Of a stretch of DNA of 64,000 nt, positions 1 through 10,153 are shown piece by piece. The stretch spans positions 32,001 to 96,000 of IMG/VR virus record IMGVR_UViG_3300009514_000006. The stretch is one strand, 5' to 3'. The notes below the pieces were generated by a model. The model saw only the letters and a list, made by a program, of their open reading frames with translations. It had not been told where the DNA came from and ran no database searches. Each line of letters starts with the position of its first letter. Within the stretch, counting starts at the first letter, position 1. This DNA comes from a virus. The position numbers and the translations under genes are program-made.

Positions 1-208
1 CTATGAGATTTGCTTCTTCAAAATGATCGAATATGTACTTGATCCGGTGGGCCAGGGTTGTCATGCAGTTCTGATTACGATGGCACTGGTCCACTAAGCA
101 TTTAAGAGGATACAACTGAGGTTCGTCTTCAATCAGAAACTGACACTCTGGGTAGAGGTCCACCATCTTCATAAAGAGTGTCTTCCTCTGTACTTCCAGA
201 ATAAGCAT
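1..208 (-). CDS. Hypothetical protein, partial (runs off left edge)
   Basis: ATG at 208 overlaps the upstream stop (TAATG). Frame MLILEVQRKTLFMK... is open to position 1. Absent from the ORF track. Confidence 0.5.
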   Translation of the reverse strand, partial: MLILEVQRKTLFMKMVDLYPECQFLIEDEPQLYPLKCLVDQCHRNQNCMTTLAHRIKYIFDHFEEANLI

Positions 209-687
209 TAGTTCTTATACCACAGTATCCCCGCTAGCACAGCCGTGGAGATACCCAGAGCACCAGCGGAACCCCAAGCTAGGTAATACTTCCAATCTCT
301 AGATTCTGCTTGGTGTCGAAGGAGGTTCTCGTTTTTCCACTTCTTAAAGAGCCTCTCATTCTCATTCTTCAACACCACAACTTGGGTGCGGCATTCACTA
401 ACAATTTTATCTAGCTTGGCCACCTCATCTGTCAACAAGGTAACCTCATCACTAAGAGCCTGCACCTTGTCTTCGCAAGGGAGGTATCCGGCAAAGTAAA
501 TGCTTATAAGTGTCTTGAATTCTGTTAGGTCAAAGCACTGAACCACCAGGGGCTTATTATCGATCACCAGTTGGGAACGAATCCCTGTAGGGAAAGGTAG
601 GGGGTCAGCAGACGCTGTGAGCGGACTAAGGCTTAGGAGTAACACTATCGAGGTACTTATCAACATCTTCCCAATTTTTGATTGCAT
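208..687 (-). CDS. Exported coiled-coil protein with C-terminal TM helix; candidate spanin-like partner
   Basis: Likely start MQSKIGK (687) or MLIST (666). Signal-peptide-like stretch ending LTASA-DP, heptad coiled coil, hydrophobic C-terminus YYLAWGSAGALGISTAVLAGILWY. Overlaps the i-spanin-like gene. Confidence 0.45.
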   Translation of the reverse strand: MQSKIGKMLISTSIVLLLSLSPLTASADPLPFPTGIRSQLVIDNKPLVVQCFDLTEFKTLISIYFAGYLPCEDKVQALSDEVTLLTDEVAKLDKIVSECRTQVVVLKNENERLFKKWKNENLLRHQAESRDWKYYLAWGSAGALGISTAVLAGILWYKN

Positions 688-1042
688 CGATCTTCTCTTC
701 CTGTTCAGCTTTAAACTTTTCAATCTCTTTAATATCTTTTTGGACAAGAGTTCTGCTCTTACGAATAAGAGCAATAGCAGCCTCATGTTCCGCAATGTGG
801 GCGTCACTAGTGTCCAGTACTGCCCTTACCTTAGCCCTGATTTCCTCTTCTTCTTTAACATCCAGCTCATGCCTTAGTCTAGCTAATTCTCTATCCCGCC
901 ACCACATTTTAACAGAAAAGTAGGTAATCAGAAGCATCACAGCAATAAAAAGCAAGGACTTAACTGTAAGCTTGCTAATCGTGTCACGATCTAATTGCTT
1001 CACGCCCTGCTCCATGAACCATTTTACCAAATCACTATTCAT
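626..1042 (-). CDS. Inner-membrane spanin-like (Rz-like) protein
   Basis: Single N-terminal TM (LLFIAVMLLITYFSV) followed by a long charged coiled coil; sits at the end of the tail module. Confidence 0.5.
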   Translation of the reverse strand: MNSDLVKWFMEQGVKQLDRDTISKLTVKSLLFIAVMLLITYFSVKMWWRDRELARLRHELDVKEEEEIRAKVRAVLDTSDAHIAEHEAAIALIRKSRTLVQKDIKEIEKFKAEQEEKIDAIKNWEDVDKYLDSVTPKP

Positions 1043-1554
1043 AGGTCATCATCTCTCGAACCACCAATAAGGTCATCCTGCCTTCCAATGGCGGCTAGTA
1101 TACTAAACATATTTGAGGAAGGTCTGACATCGTAAAAGCCAGGACGAGAGTCTACCATGCTATCAATCTTAGTCCTGCGGCCAATAAACTGTACGATATT
1201 ATCAAGGACGGATAAGGGGGCACCTGATGAGGCTACCGGCCCTGCTGACACTGTCACAGTATAGGTCTCGCCCACCGTAAAACCACTAACCACCAGAAAC
1301 ACTGTCCTAGTTGTCAGCGTGTTACCTGTGCGAACCTCGTGGACCAGAACAGGGGATCCTGTTCCCTCTGGAACAATTGCGTACAAATCTTTGTTCTTCA
1401 GAGTAAGATTGTTCTTCATTGGAAGACTAAAAGTTAGCGCAATTAAATTCGATGCATACACATCGGCACTAACCACGTCAGATTCAGGAGGAGCGGCGGC
1501 CTCACCGGCACCCCACCCAGATACTCCCCAAAGACTTTCTCCCCAGCCAGCCAT
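1039..1554 (-). CDS. Ig-like virion structural protein
   Basis: GGAG SD, N-terminal WG-x3-WG-x3-WG motif, beta-rich Ig-like core (LTFSLPM...YTVTVSAG), coupled to neighbours. Confidence 0.5.
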   Translation of the reverse strand: MAGWGESLWGVSGWGAGEAAAPPESDVVSADVYASNLIALTFSLPMKNNLTLKNKDLYAIVPEGTGSPVLVHEVRTGNTLTTRTVFLVVSGFTVGETYTVTVSAGPVASSGAPLSVLDNIVQFIGRRTKIDSMVDSRPGFYDVRPSSNMFSILAAIGRQDDLIGGSRDDDL

Positions 1555-1565
1555 ATCTTAGTCTC

Positions 1566-2351
1566 CTATGGAGTGCCCCATCGTGCACGTAAATGGTTTT
1601 CTACCGTGGTTCTCTCACCAGCACTTAGCTGTCTGTTATAGATGGCGATTTCCCCTATATCGCCCTTCCAGAAATAGTTCTGGCCACCACCCATACCTTG
1701 AGCGTTGTTGCTCCCGATGTAAAAACTAGGGGTCTTCCATCCCGAAGGAGTGGACGCAGCAGAGTGTACTTGTATTCCGTTTGCTCTTGCAACCCAGGTA
1801 GCTGGGCTACCAGTTCCGTTAGTCACGTTATACATCGAAAATTGATTCTGAGTGGCGAAAGCGCTACCTGTGAAGTTATACCGAACAGAAGATCCCCAAT
1901 CGTCGTACACTTGCCACACTGGAGACGCGAATGGGTACAAAGGAGCAGCCGTACTAGCACCGAACAACCAGAAAGCGTTGGTAACACCAGAGGCACGGGT
2001 TTGGGCTAGCATGATAAAGATCTCACCGTCTTGGGTACCAGATCTAAATGCCGGTTGATTCATATGGTTACCTAAGGTTGGCCAAGACGGAGCCCCGTCA
2101 AATCGGACAACAGGAAGACCATTTTGGGCAGCAGGAATAACATCTGGCTGTCCGGCGGCCCCACCCACTGCGGTCCAATGGGTATTATTACCGCTGATGT
2201 CGGTCCATTGAATGACCCCATTACCGTCTGTAGTCATGGGCCCATCAGCAGCAACATGGTGAACCAAACCAGAGGTGACAGGCATAGGCGGCGCAGAAGG
2301 ACCTCCTCCACCAGAGGGAGTCTTCATATTTGACACAGGCATCAGGAACAT
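1566..2351 (-). CDS. LamG/concanavalin A-like lectin domain virion protein
   Basis: NGLPVVRFDG and FWKGDIGEIAIYNRQLS...VENHLRARWG are typical of LamG-like phage proteins. Confidence 0.75.
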   Translation of the reverse strand: MFLMPVSNMKTPSGGGGPSAPPMPVTSGLVHHVAADGPMTTDGNGVIQWTDISGNNTHWTAVGGAAGQPDVIPAAQNGLPVVRFDGAPSWPTLGNHMNQPAFRSGTQDGEIFIMLAQTRASGVTNAFWLFGASTAAPLYPFASPVWQVYDDWGSSVRYNFTGSAFATQNQFSMYNVTNGTGSPATWVARANGIQVHSAASTPSGWKTPSFYIGSNNAQGMGGGQNYFWKGDIGEIAIYNRQLSAGERTTVENHLRARWGTP

Positions 2352-3121
2352 TACTTAAGATCCTTTAGAACGCTGCACTCCAGAATAGCACCATCCGGGC
2401 AATATCCGGTAAGGATATCTACGGCATTTGCAGCAGTAGACAAGGTGGGAGCAGATCCCCCCTCAAATTTGTATGCTGATCCGTAGGCCAGCGTCCTGGT
2501 GCCGGTTGGATCTTGCTTAATACGAAACAAATAAGTAAAACCAGCGACCAAATTCGTGGGGTTGTCCAGCGTGCGGTTTCCTTCTAGAGTTACCTGGAAA
2601 GAGTTACCCAAGGATGCATTGACAGAGATATTAGCAGCGTCCGTAAGAGCCACCGGAGAAGATCCTTGGGCTCCCGTGAAGGTATTAGTAGATCCAAGAA
2701 AAGCAAACAGGGCGTCTGTTTGTCTCATAAAGTAATCTAGGGCCTGGTGCCAACCTTTGGTGTTTCCTGATTCATCGTATTCCAAACCTTCCGCAAAAGC
2801 AGGAATACGGGCACCGGTACGAGCCAATGGAACAGCAAAAATTTCAACGCTGCTAAACGACCCATCAACCAGTGCCTTCACCTTATAGGAACCAACCACA
2901 TCCGGAACGAAGTCAGGAGTAGCAGTAGTGGGGCTATTCATTACCGTAGAGCTACCTTGTGGTTTCTCTACTAAGGTCCAGACATAGGAAGCACCGCTAT
3001 TGGCTGCCTCTGTGTCTGAGCAGGTGACGGTCTCACTTAAGACCAGATTGTTTCTACCCCGACCAGCAACGCCTGCTCCCGAGGTAGATCCAGTGGACTG
3101 GATGATGGGTGTTGTAGCCAT
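2351..3121 (-). CDS. Virion protein with PKD/Ig-like N-domain and fibre-type C-terminal module
   Basis: SYVWTLVEKPQGS...PDVVGSYKV (PKD-like); C-terminal TLEGNRTLDNPTN...IKQDPTGTRTLAYGSAYKF...APTLST module common at fibre ends. Confidence 0.6.
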   Translation of the reverse strand: MATTPIIQSTGSTSGAGVAGRGRNNLVLSETVTCSDTEAANSGASYVWTLVEKPQGSSTVMNSPTTATPDFVPDVVGSYKVKALVDGSFSSVEIFAVPLARTGARIPAFAEGLEYDESGNTKGWHQALDYFMRQTDALFAFLGSTNTFTGAQGSSPVALTDAANISVNASLGNSFQVTLEGNRTLDNPTNLVAGFTYLFRIKQDPTGTRTLAYGSAYKFEGGSAPTLSTAANAVDILTGYCPDGAILECSVLKDLK

Positions 3122-3137
3122 TGTTTATCCTCTATGT

Positions 3138-3473
3138 TTACTTGTTTAGCCAGGGAATCTTCTTGAGCACGCCCGACCAGCCGCCGACTGCCACTAAACC
3201 AGCAGTAGCCGCCGAAGACAGCACTGTCATACTCATTCCCATACCCCCAGCAAGAGCCGAGGCGGCAACGGTCATCGATGACATCAAGAAGGCAAAAACC
3301 ATTCCGCCGAAGTCAGTCCCGAACCAGCTCACATATTTAACCGCATATTTTCGGGTGACCCAGATGATAGCCATCAAGGCCAAACCTAGCATGATCAAGC
3401 CATCTCCGCCTTGGGCGGCTACCATTACCTTCGTGAAAAACTCACTCATACTCAAATCCATCATTGTCTCCAT
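3138..3473 (-). CDS. Holin-like membrane protein
   Basis: 111 aa, about 3 hydrophobic segments, basic C-terminus, AAGGAG SD, located between tailspike and spanin-like genes. Confidence 0.5.
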   Translation of the reverse strand: METMMDLSMSEFFTKVMVAAQGGDGLIMLGLALMAIIWVTRKYAVKYVSWFGTDFGGMVFAFLMSSMTVAASALAGGMGMSMTVLSSAATAGLVAVGGWSGVLKKIPWLNK

Positions 3474-3497
3474 AGTTATTTCTCCTTTTAAGTTAGT

Positions 3498-6400
3498 TTA
3501 CGACTTAAGTCTCAAGTTTAATCCCATATCGGTATCACTGGTTGGAGAGCCATCAGTGTCACTGTCTTTTCTAGCTTTGCTAAACGCAGTAGTAGCTGTG
3601 GTCCCAAATATGGCTGCTCCAGCACCAATATTCCGTGTATAATTACCACTAACAAACGATCTAAGCGACGACCCCACACTCAAACACGGTCCTGAACTGT
3701 TTAAATCTACTACATTACCAGAAATTGAGCATTGGTCTACAAGAACAGCAACAATGCCCTCAGCACTACCCGAGGTAGAAGTTATCGAGTTTCCCGTGAT
3801 CGATACTATATCATTAGTAGGAGAAGCAGAACTAGCATCGATCGCTTTGGTGAGACCAGTCCCTGTTAGATAAATACTATTACTAGATATAGATACAATA
3901 CTCACATCTTTGATCTTTATACCAGTGGTTGCTGCGGCATTAGACTGAACGGTGTTGCTGGAGATTACGGAAGAAAAAGAATTTCCAGCGGCCGGTCCTT
4001 CTACCACTATCCCCGCTACCTTGGCTTTACTCACTACATTACCCGATATAACCAATCTACCTTCTGTAGTCCCCACTCCCGTAAAAAAAACAGAAATACC
4101 ATTATTTAAATAAGTAGAGTCTGTGGCTACTACTGTGTTTCCTGTTACGGCCAACGATTCTACCACCTCAGACCCAGACTCTGCTCGGACACCAGCTTCT
4201 AATACGGTTCCGGTAATAAGAGGACCTACTGAAACATTATTACTGGCCACAGAAGCGCGGGACACTCCAGACAAAAGTAATATACCGTAACACTTAAATG
4301 AAGCATCGTTCAGGACCCCATTTAAATTGTTGCCAATGATTGAAATTTGGTCAGAGGCTGAGCCTGCCCCATCATTCTGTACCTTGATAAATGCATTGTT
4401 ATCAACTGCTGCGGAGGAGGAACCTAAGGCATCCATTTCATTGTTACTTATGGAGGTTTGTGTCACGCTATCTGCAAATATGCCTGTCCAAGAAGATGCA
4501 GCACCTGAACCCACTGTATCAAAAGTATTACTTAGAACCGACGCTCGGGTACAGTTCCGCATATGTACACCATGCACTGAGGTACCTGAGGTCATTTGGA
4601 TGCGCTTAAAAGAGCACCCCATAATAGAAAGAGAAACAATACTCGCAACCTTAATACCGTAAGTATCCCCTCCTGAAACCCCGTTCCCTACATCCACAAA
4701 CGAACAACCCCTAATATCTACACTAGTTTTAGTAGCAGTAGTATTGTTAGACAAATTGATGCCGGCTATCAATGTAGCCGCATCGTCTCCTAACAAGTCA
4801 AAATGACACCCAGATATAGACCCATCTCGGATGACCAAAGACGCTGTGTCAATGATACCCTGCTGGCCTCTTCCTGCTTGGCATTTGAGCAGACACCCAG
4901 AAATAGAGAACCTTGTCACCGTGCCGAGGCGCACACCAACATCGCAATCTACGAATTTAGTATCTGTAATAAACAGGTCACTTACAGACACGGCATCAAT
5001 TCCGATACTTGCGGTACCCGCAGTAGCACTTTGAGTAATAGAACTATTCAATACATGACAATCTACACAAGCAGTATCAAACTTGATACCAAATTTTCCA
5101 GTAGCACCGATAGTCATGCTACAATGATCAACTACCCAATTAGAGTAATTAGTAACCGTACCCAACCCAGTGTTGCTGGCGCAGTCTCTAATCGTGACGT
5201 TACTCCCATTAGTAGTTTGAAAAACAGTGCTAGTTCCCGAAATACCAACAAACTTACAACCAGAGAAGGTTAGGTCAACAAGAGAGACACCGGCCAAGTT
5301 CACCACATTAGTGGCGCCAGTAGCGGCCGAAATGTCAAACACACATTCTTTAAAACCTACATTAGTGGAGAAGCTAGCAAGAGTAAGGGCCCGACTGCTA
5401 GCGCTAACAAATGAGCACACAAACTTACAACCAATAAAATTGGTAGTAGTAACCTTACCACTAAAAGCAAGTCCCGATCCAAGCCCTGCTAGAGACGAAA
5501 ACACACACGAGTAGAACGAGGATTGATCAACAACCCCAGATCCTGAAGTGGCAAATCCCTCAAACACACATTGTGTAGCCACCACAACATCACCACTAGT
5601 AGACTCAACCGAGTGAGAAGCGCCCCCTGCACCTAGAGTGAATGCTATATCTTTCAATATTATAGCTATTTGACTACTAGCTGCTCCTGCAGCGGCCAAG
5701 ACTATCCCAGCCGTGGCACTGTCTGTGCGGATAATAGTAGCTCCTGTTCCGTCTCCAACCAGTGTCACTGGTGTAGTCAACGTAATAGGAGTAGCAATCG
5801 CATAGGTGCCTTTTTTAAGGTAGACAATACCTCCCTCTGCCGGTAACGAATCAATAGCGGCCTGAATGGGCACTCCAGTGGTTCCATTGAAGTCACCAAA
5901 AGTAGTGGTTCCGTTGCCTACAGATACTGTATGGGCCCTAGCGCCCTGAACGCCACCAACATTATCATAATACTTCGGTGTTGCGGGGAAGGTGGTGGGA
6001 GGAGCTACGTTACCTACCTCCGAGTCCTTAGCAGATCCCCATTTTAGTTGCCTCACTTGTGCAGCCAGGAAATCTACATATTCCTTTAGGTTCTTAACCT
6101 GTACATCGCTATTACCTGTAGCAGCATAAGGATCTTGAGAAAGTCCGTAGCCAAGCTCAGAGTTTCCTTGCCAGAACAGGGGACGAGCGTCTCCGGCTGT
6201 TGTCGGAAGAAGTGGGTTATGGGAAGTCCTCTCAGATATATATGAGTTAGGAGAACCGCTAATATCCACTACCCTCTCGCCAATACCGTGATTATTAGCC
6301 AAGGTTCCGGTAAGATTCAATACATTATTTTTTCGGTCATTCGATGCTATTGTTACTGTCTCTGAGGTCCCCAAGCCCTCACCAACTGTTATATTTCCGC

Positions 6401-7037
6401 TATTCGGGAACAAGCGAGAATCAAGAAGAGGCACAAAAGACCCCCCAATAGACACAGCTTGTTTCAGACAAGCCCTAGCAGGTTTTGTGCCAATCGATAT
6501 AGCGCCACCAGACACCGTCACAATAGCTACGGGTATTTTTACACTGTTATTGTCTGTGCTAAAAGAAAACGAAGTAGTTGAAATGGGCGAAACAATATTC
6601 CAATCTGGAATTAATCTCGTAGCTACATTCTCACTAAATTCACGTCCATCCGGAATTACGTCACCGGAAGTGTCCAAGCCATTATCATAGGTTGGATCCC
6701 AAAAAGCTCGGGAATCTACATCACCTTCACTGGTAACAAACTCTACCTCAACATAATATGTGGCGTTAGTTGAGGCTAGGGTGACTGACCGCTGGGCAGA
6801 GTCGTCTGTTTCGTTGACTACAATTTCCCCGTCTCTATCAAAAGCCAACCCATTAAACACAGTAAGGGTAAGGCCCGAAACCTCCACCCGAAACCCATCA
6901 GATACCCTAGGTAGGTTGTCCTGTATAAAAGACTCCCACCTTAGCTTGTCTGACTCGTTAGCAAAAGTCTCTGTAGATGCTTTAAAATCGACTACATCTA
7001 TTCGTTGATTCGGTAGTACGTTTACTCTTTTGGGCAT
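3498..7037 (-). CDS. Tailspike / receptor-binding protein with pectin-lyase-like beta-helix (putative depolymerase)
   Basis: N-terminal baseplate-attachment region, then IQAAIDSLPAEGGIVYLKKGTY and about 800 aa of parallel beta-helix repeats (I.GC.F, ISNN, VTGN). Confidence 0.8.
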   Translation of the reverse strand: MPKRVNVLPNQRIDVVDFKASTETFANESDKLRWESFIQDNLPRVSDGFRVEVSGLTLTVFNGLAFDRDGEIVVNETDDSAQRSVTLASTNATYYVEVEFVTSEGDVDSRAFWDPTYDNGLDTSGDVIPDGREFSENVATRLIPDWNIVSPISTTSFSFSTDNNSVKIPVAIVTVSGGAISIGTKPARACLKQAVSIGGSFVPLLDSRLFPNSGNITVGEGLGTSETVTIASNDRKNNVLNLTGTLANNHGIGERVVDISGSPNSYISERTSHNPLLPTTAGDARPLFWQGNSELGYGLSQDPYAATGNSDVQVKNLKEYVDFLAAQVRQLKWGSAKDSEVGNVAPPTTFPATPKYYDNVGGVQGARAHTVSVGNGTTTFGDFNGTTGVPIQAAIDSLPAEGGIVYLKKGTYAIATPITLTTPVTLVGDGTGATIIRTDSATAGIVLAAAGAASSQIAIILKDIAFTLGAGGASHSVESTSGDVVVATQCVFEGFATSGSGVVDQSSFYSCVFSSLAGLGSGLAFSGKVTTTNFIGCKFVCSFVSASSRALTLASFSTNVGFKECVFDISAATGATNVVNLAGVSLVDLTFSGCKFVGISGTSTVFQTTNGSNVTIRDCASNTGLGTVTNYSNWVVDHCSMTIGATGKFGIKFDTACVDCHVLNSSITQSATAGTASIGIDAVSVSDLFITDTKFVDCDVGVRLGTVTRFSISGCLLKCQAGRGQQGIIDTASLVIRDGSISGCHFDLLGDDAATLIAGINLSNNTTATKTSVDIRGCSFVDVGNGVSGGDTYGIKVASIVSLSIMGCSFKRIQMTSGTSVHGVHMRNCTRASVLSNTFDTVGSGAASSWTGIFADSVTQTSISNNEMDALGSSSAAVDNNAFIKVQNDGAGSASDQISIIGNNLNGVLNDASFKCYGILLLSGVSRASVASNNVSVGPLITGTVLEAGVRAESGSEVVESLAVTGNTVVATDSTYLNNGISVFFTGVGTTEGRLVISGNVVSKAKVAGIVVEGPAAGNSFSSVISSNTVQSNAAATTGIKIKDVSIVSISSNSIYLTGTGLTKAIDASSASPTNDIVSITGNSITSTSGSAEGIVAVLVDQCSISGNVVDLNSSGPCLSVGSSLRSFVSGNYTRNIGAGAAIFGTTATTAFSKARKDSDTDGSPTSDTDMGLNLRLKS

Positions 7038-7042
7038 AATTA

Positions 7043-10000
7043 TTACCTACTATTAATGACGTTAATTAGTATACCAGCACCCTTAACCAAATCAAATAAT
7101 TCCCTAAAACAGGCACTGATATCCGGGGGCATAACCAAGGGAAAGGAATAACCATCAGTACGAGTCGTGCTTTCTGAAGAGCTTAACATGACTCTTTCTC
7201 CAACAACATGACCGGACAGTAGCACAGGAGGATCAAAGACTAAAGAAGTTCCATCAATATCTTGATAGATTGCTACTTCATCCTCACCTGCGTTAAACTC
7301 TATATATTCACCTACCGAATGAGTGTTGATGGGAGAAGCTGATATTGTCAACCTGTTAAGGCCAGTATCGTTTACTGACACGTACACCCTCTCCTCGCCT
7401 GCTTTGCCCTGCCCAAGTGTTATTTGGTAGGGGGACCCTGTAGGGGGGAAGATGCTGGAGTCAGGTACTTCGTAAACAGTCGGGCTAACTACATTAGTTA
7501 TTTTAGCTCTTGATGAAGGCGTCGCTAGCCCAAAGTTTAGGTACACCGTTCCGGACGGGCTAGGGAAACCAGACACAGAGGACAGAACTAACTCATAAGT
7601 CAGAGGTTCAACCAATTCATTGTACAAATGAGGAAAGATCAACCCGTTGTTTACTGTTATGACATCATTCAATAAACGAACTGTTTCAGTATCGTTATGA
7701 GCCACAGTGTTCGCCAATACTGTTAGAGTAGTGGCACCATCATTATCCAACACCGTAAGTATCTCCTCATTGGGACCTCCTTCGTCCACTATGACCCTAT
7801 ATCCAGCAGCATTGAGTATAGGTGTTTCCGGAAAAGCACTAGAATCATTTAAGGCTATATCAACCGAGAGTATACCAGGAGCAGGAATACCTACGGAACC
7901 ATCTAGAGAGTCCGCGACTGTGTTATTAGTGGAATCCTGTACCGTTGCATCTTCTGAATTACCGCTTTGTCTTCCTATACGAATAATATCCCCAATATTT
8001 AGTAAACTTGCATCTTTTACTTCTATATTAGTTCGACCAGATAATTGACCGGCAACAACCAGGGTGGGAGGAGGGACTAAGGTGGTAAGAGTAGATGACG
8101 TATCACTCGGACTTCTTTCTCCGGGGGAGAATAAGTACGGACCAGCAAATCTGTAGTCTATAACATTCCCCGATGCATCACGAACATTTCCTTCTTCTAA
8201 TGCGGGAGAGTCTCCATAAGGAAAAGTTACTAGAGACACACTAGTGCCTGCCGAATAGACAGAGCCAATCTCTTGTGTGAGGGTTAATGATGGCTTTGGA
8301 AAAGGTTTATCCGTGGAAAAAACAGGAGAATTATTCGCTGTCAAATCATTACTATTAGCTGTTGAATCTTTAAAATCATTAGCAAACTTCCAATACCCCC
8401 TCAGATCAGCCTGAGGCAAGGGCAGCTCCTGTAGCATACTATCCGAAATATCTGCTAAAGAACGGACAGTTGACCACACTCGTACTTCATCTATCAACCC
8501 GTCAAAATAATTAGGCGAACCTGCCTGCTCTCTCCCAATTTCAAAATTTGAGGACCCATTAAAAATGGTGCTGCCGGCCGAAAGAACCTGATCAACGCCC
8601 TGCTGCACCCCGTTCACGTAGAACCTACAAACACCATCTGACCTTTTTCTTGATACAGCAAAATGGTACCACACACCTATAGTAGGGGTAAACGCTTGAA
8701 GAGCCTGAACACTAGTATCTCCGTTATTGGAGAACCTAAAGGATAAGTTACCCCCAGAATATTGAAACCAGTAAGATCTGGTAAATCCCACGCCCCATTT
8801 GGCTACAAATGTGTTCGTAGCTGTGCTCTCAAACTTAGCCCAAAGCTCTATAGTGATATCATCAGTAATATCTAGACCAGTTTGCGCACCATCAGTTATA
8901 CTTAGGTACTGAGCGGAGGACGCTTCTAGATCTAAGGAATATGGGTTTATAGCAGAAACATCTTCTTGTCTAAATATGTAAAATGAGGTTTGGGTGCCGT
9001 CAACAAGAATAACCCCTGCCTCATCAGGAAAACCAGATACAGAATCTAACTCCAACTTTTTATCTGTAGAAATAGTTGCTCTTGCTAGAGTAGACGAAGC
9101 CGGAGATTGTACGGAGTCGTGAAACCACGAGGAATCAATATCTCTGATTATATTTAGACTAGATGGAATAACAACAGTAAGAATTCTAGGCGAGGTACTG
9201 TATAAGTCCCAGTGTTTACCTACTTGATAAACCCCGGCAGTTTCAACCAAAGCCCCAGAAACCAACAATTCCACGGAAGCCCCTACGCTGTGCGAAAACG
9301 ATAAAGGAAGAGGCAAAAGAAGCTGTGAAGAGGAGACATCGTTCCCATCAAAATATACAATCTCTTCACTTCCCTCTCCCTTATCAATCCTCAACAAACC
9401 AGAAACAGGGAAAACTTTAGTGTCCCCTACGTCCAACTGCAGGTAGGTTCTTCCAGGCGTCGCTGCAACCTCCAGTGGTTTTCTTACGAAATCAGATTTT
9501 ATACCAGAGTGAGAATTAAGCAAAGGTGAGCAGCTGAGGACATTAAATGCTGTATCGTTAAAGGATACTAAAACTACTTCCTCATACTCAGTTCCTCTGC
9601 CCACTAGAACAGGATAAGGATATCCTGTCTCTGGAAAAGAGCTAGTATCTAAAAGGGACAATGAAGTAGCCCCAGATATGGCTACTGATTTTAGTATACC
9701 CGAAGCATCCTCTATAGCGCTGTGACCTGTTTCTAGCGGTGCGGTAAGAAATATTTCATTAGTAGCGTAGTCAACAAAACAATAGTCTACAGTCTCTTCT
9801 GAGGGCAACCCCGGATCTAATATTATGGAACCTATCTGGGGTAAACGATCTGTATTTCTTACTACTATACTTTTGTCCCCAACCAACACCGAAGAAGTAA
9901 GATTGTGCCTTGTGCCAAACTGCGGGCCTAAACAAATCTCTAATATGTCTCTAAACGCTTTATAAATTAACTTGGGTTGTATGGCGAGCTTCTTGATAGC

Positions 10001-10153
10001 AGCTCGCCACCTATTATCGTCCCCAAAACCAATAGAAGGTCTATTTAATCCTAGGTTATTTCCTATATTGTTAAGGAAGGGACCATCAGCCGTGTCCACG
10101 TACAGCTGATCCCTAGCCTCTTTTATAGCTGATTTATTTTTGTTTACGGACAT
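7043..10153 (-). CDS. Baseplate wedge protein (T4 gp7/P2 gpI-like) with inserted LamG and repeat modules
   Basis: N-terminal LYVDTADGPFLNNIGNNLGLNR...DNRWR, C-terminal FDLVKGAGILINVI. Follows baseplate J. LamG insert near 8300-8940. Confidence 0.7.
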   Translation of the reverse strand: MSVNKNKSAIKEARDQLYVDTADGPFLNNIGNNLGLNRPSIGFGDDNRWRAAIKKLAIQPKLIYKAFRDILEICLGPQFGTRHNLTSSVLVGDKSIVVRNTDRLPQIGSIILDPGLPSEETVDYCFVDYATNEIFLTAPLETGHSAIEDASGILKSVAISGATSLSLLDTSSFPETGYPYPVLVGRGTEYEEVVLVSFNDTAFNVLSCSPLLNSHSGIKSDFVRKPLEVAATPGRTYLQLDVGDTKVFPVSGLLRIDKGEGSEEIVYFDGNDVSSSQLLLPLPLSFSHSVGASVELLVSGALVETAGVYQVGKHWDLYSTSPRILTVVIPSSLNIIRDIDSSWFHDSVQSPASSTLARATISTDKKLELDSVSGFPDEAGVILVDGTQTSFYIFRQEDVSAINPYSLDLEASSAQYLSITDGAQTGLDITDDITIELWAKFESTATNTFVAKWGVGFTRSYWFQYSGGNLSFRFSNNGDTSVQALQAFTPTIGVWYHFAVSRKRSDGVCRFYVNGVQQGVDQVLSAGSTIFNGSSNFEIGREQAGSPNYFDGLIDEVRVWSTVRSLADISDSMLQELPLPQADLRGYWKFANDFKDSTANSNDLTANNSPVFSTDKPFPKPSLTLTQEIGSVYSAGTSVSLVTFPYGDSPALEEGNVRDASGNVIDYRFAGPYLFSPGERSPSDTSSTLTTLVPPPTLVVAGQLSGRTNIEVKDASLLNIGDIIRIGRQSGNSEDATVQDSTNNTVADSLDGSVGIPAPGILSVDIALNDSSAFPETPILNAAGYRVIVDEGGPNEEILTVLDNDGATTLTVLANTVAHNDTETVRLLNDVITVNNGLIFPHLYNELVEPLTYELVLSSVSGFPSPSGTVYLNFGLATPSSRAKITNVVSPTVYEVPDSSIFPPTGSPYQITLGQGKAGEERVYVSVNDTGLNRLTISASPINTHSVGEYIEFNAGEDEVAIYQDIDGTSLVFDPPVLLSGHVVGERVMLSSSESTTRTDGYSFPLVMPPDISACFRELFDLVKGAGILINVINSR

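Noticed and set aside
688-807. N-terminal 40 aa of the 199-aa ORF
   Set aside because: Lies within the upstream gene; the signal peptide begins at MQSKIGK/MLIST.
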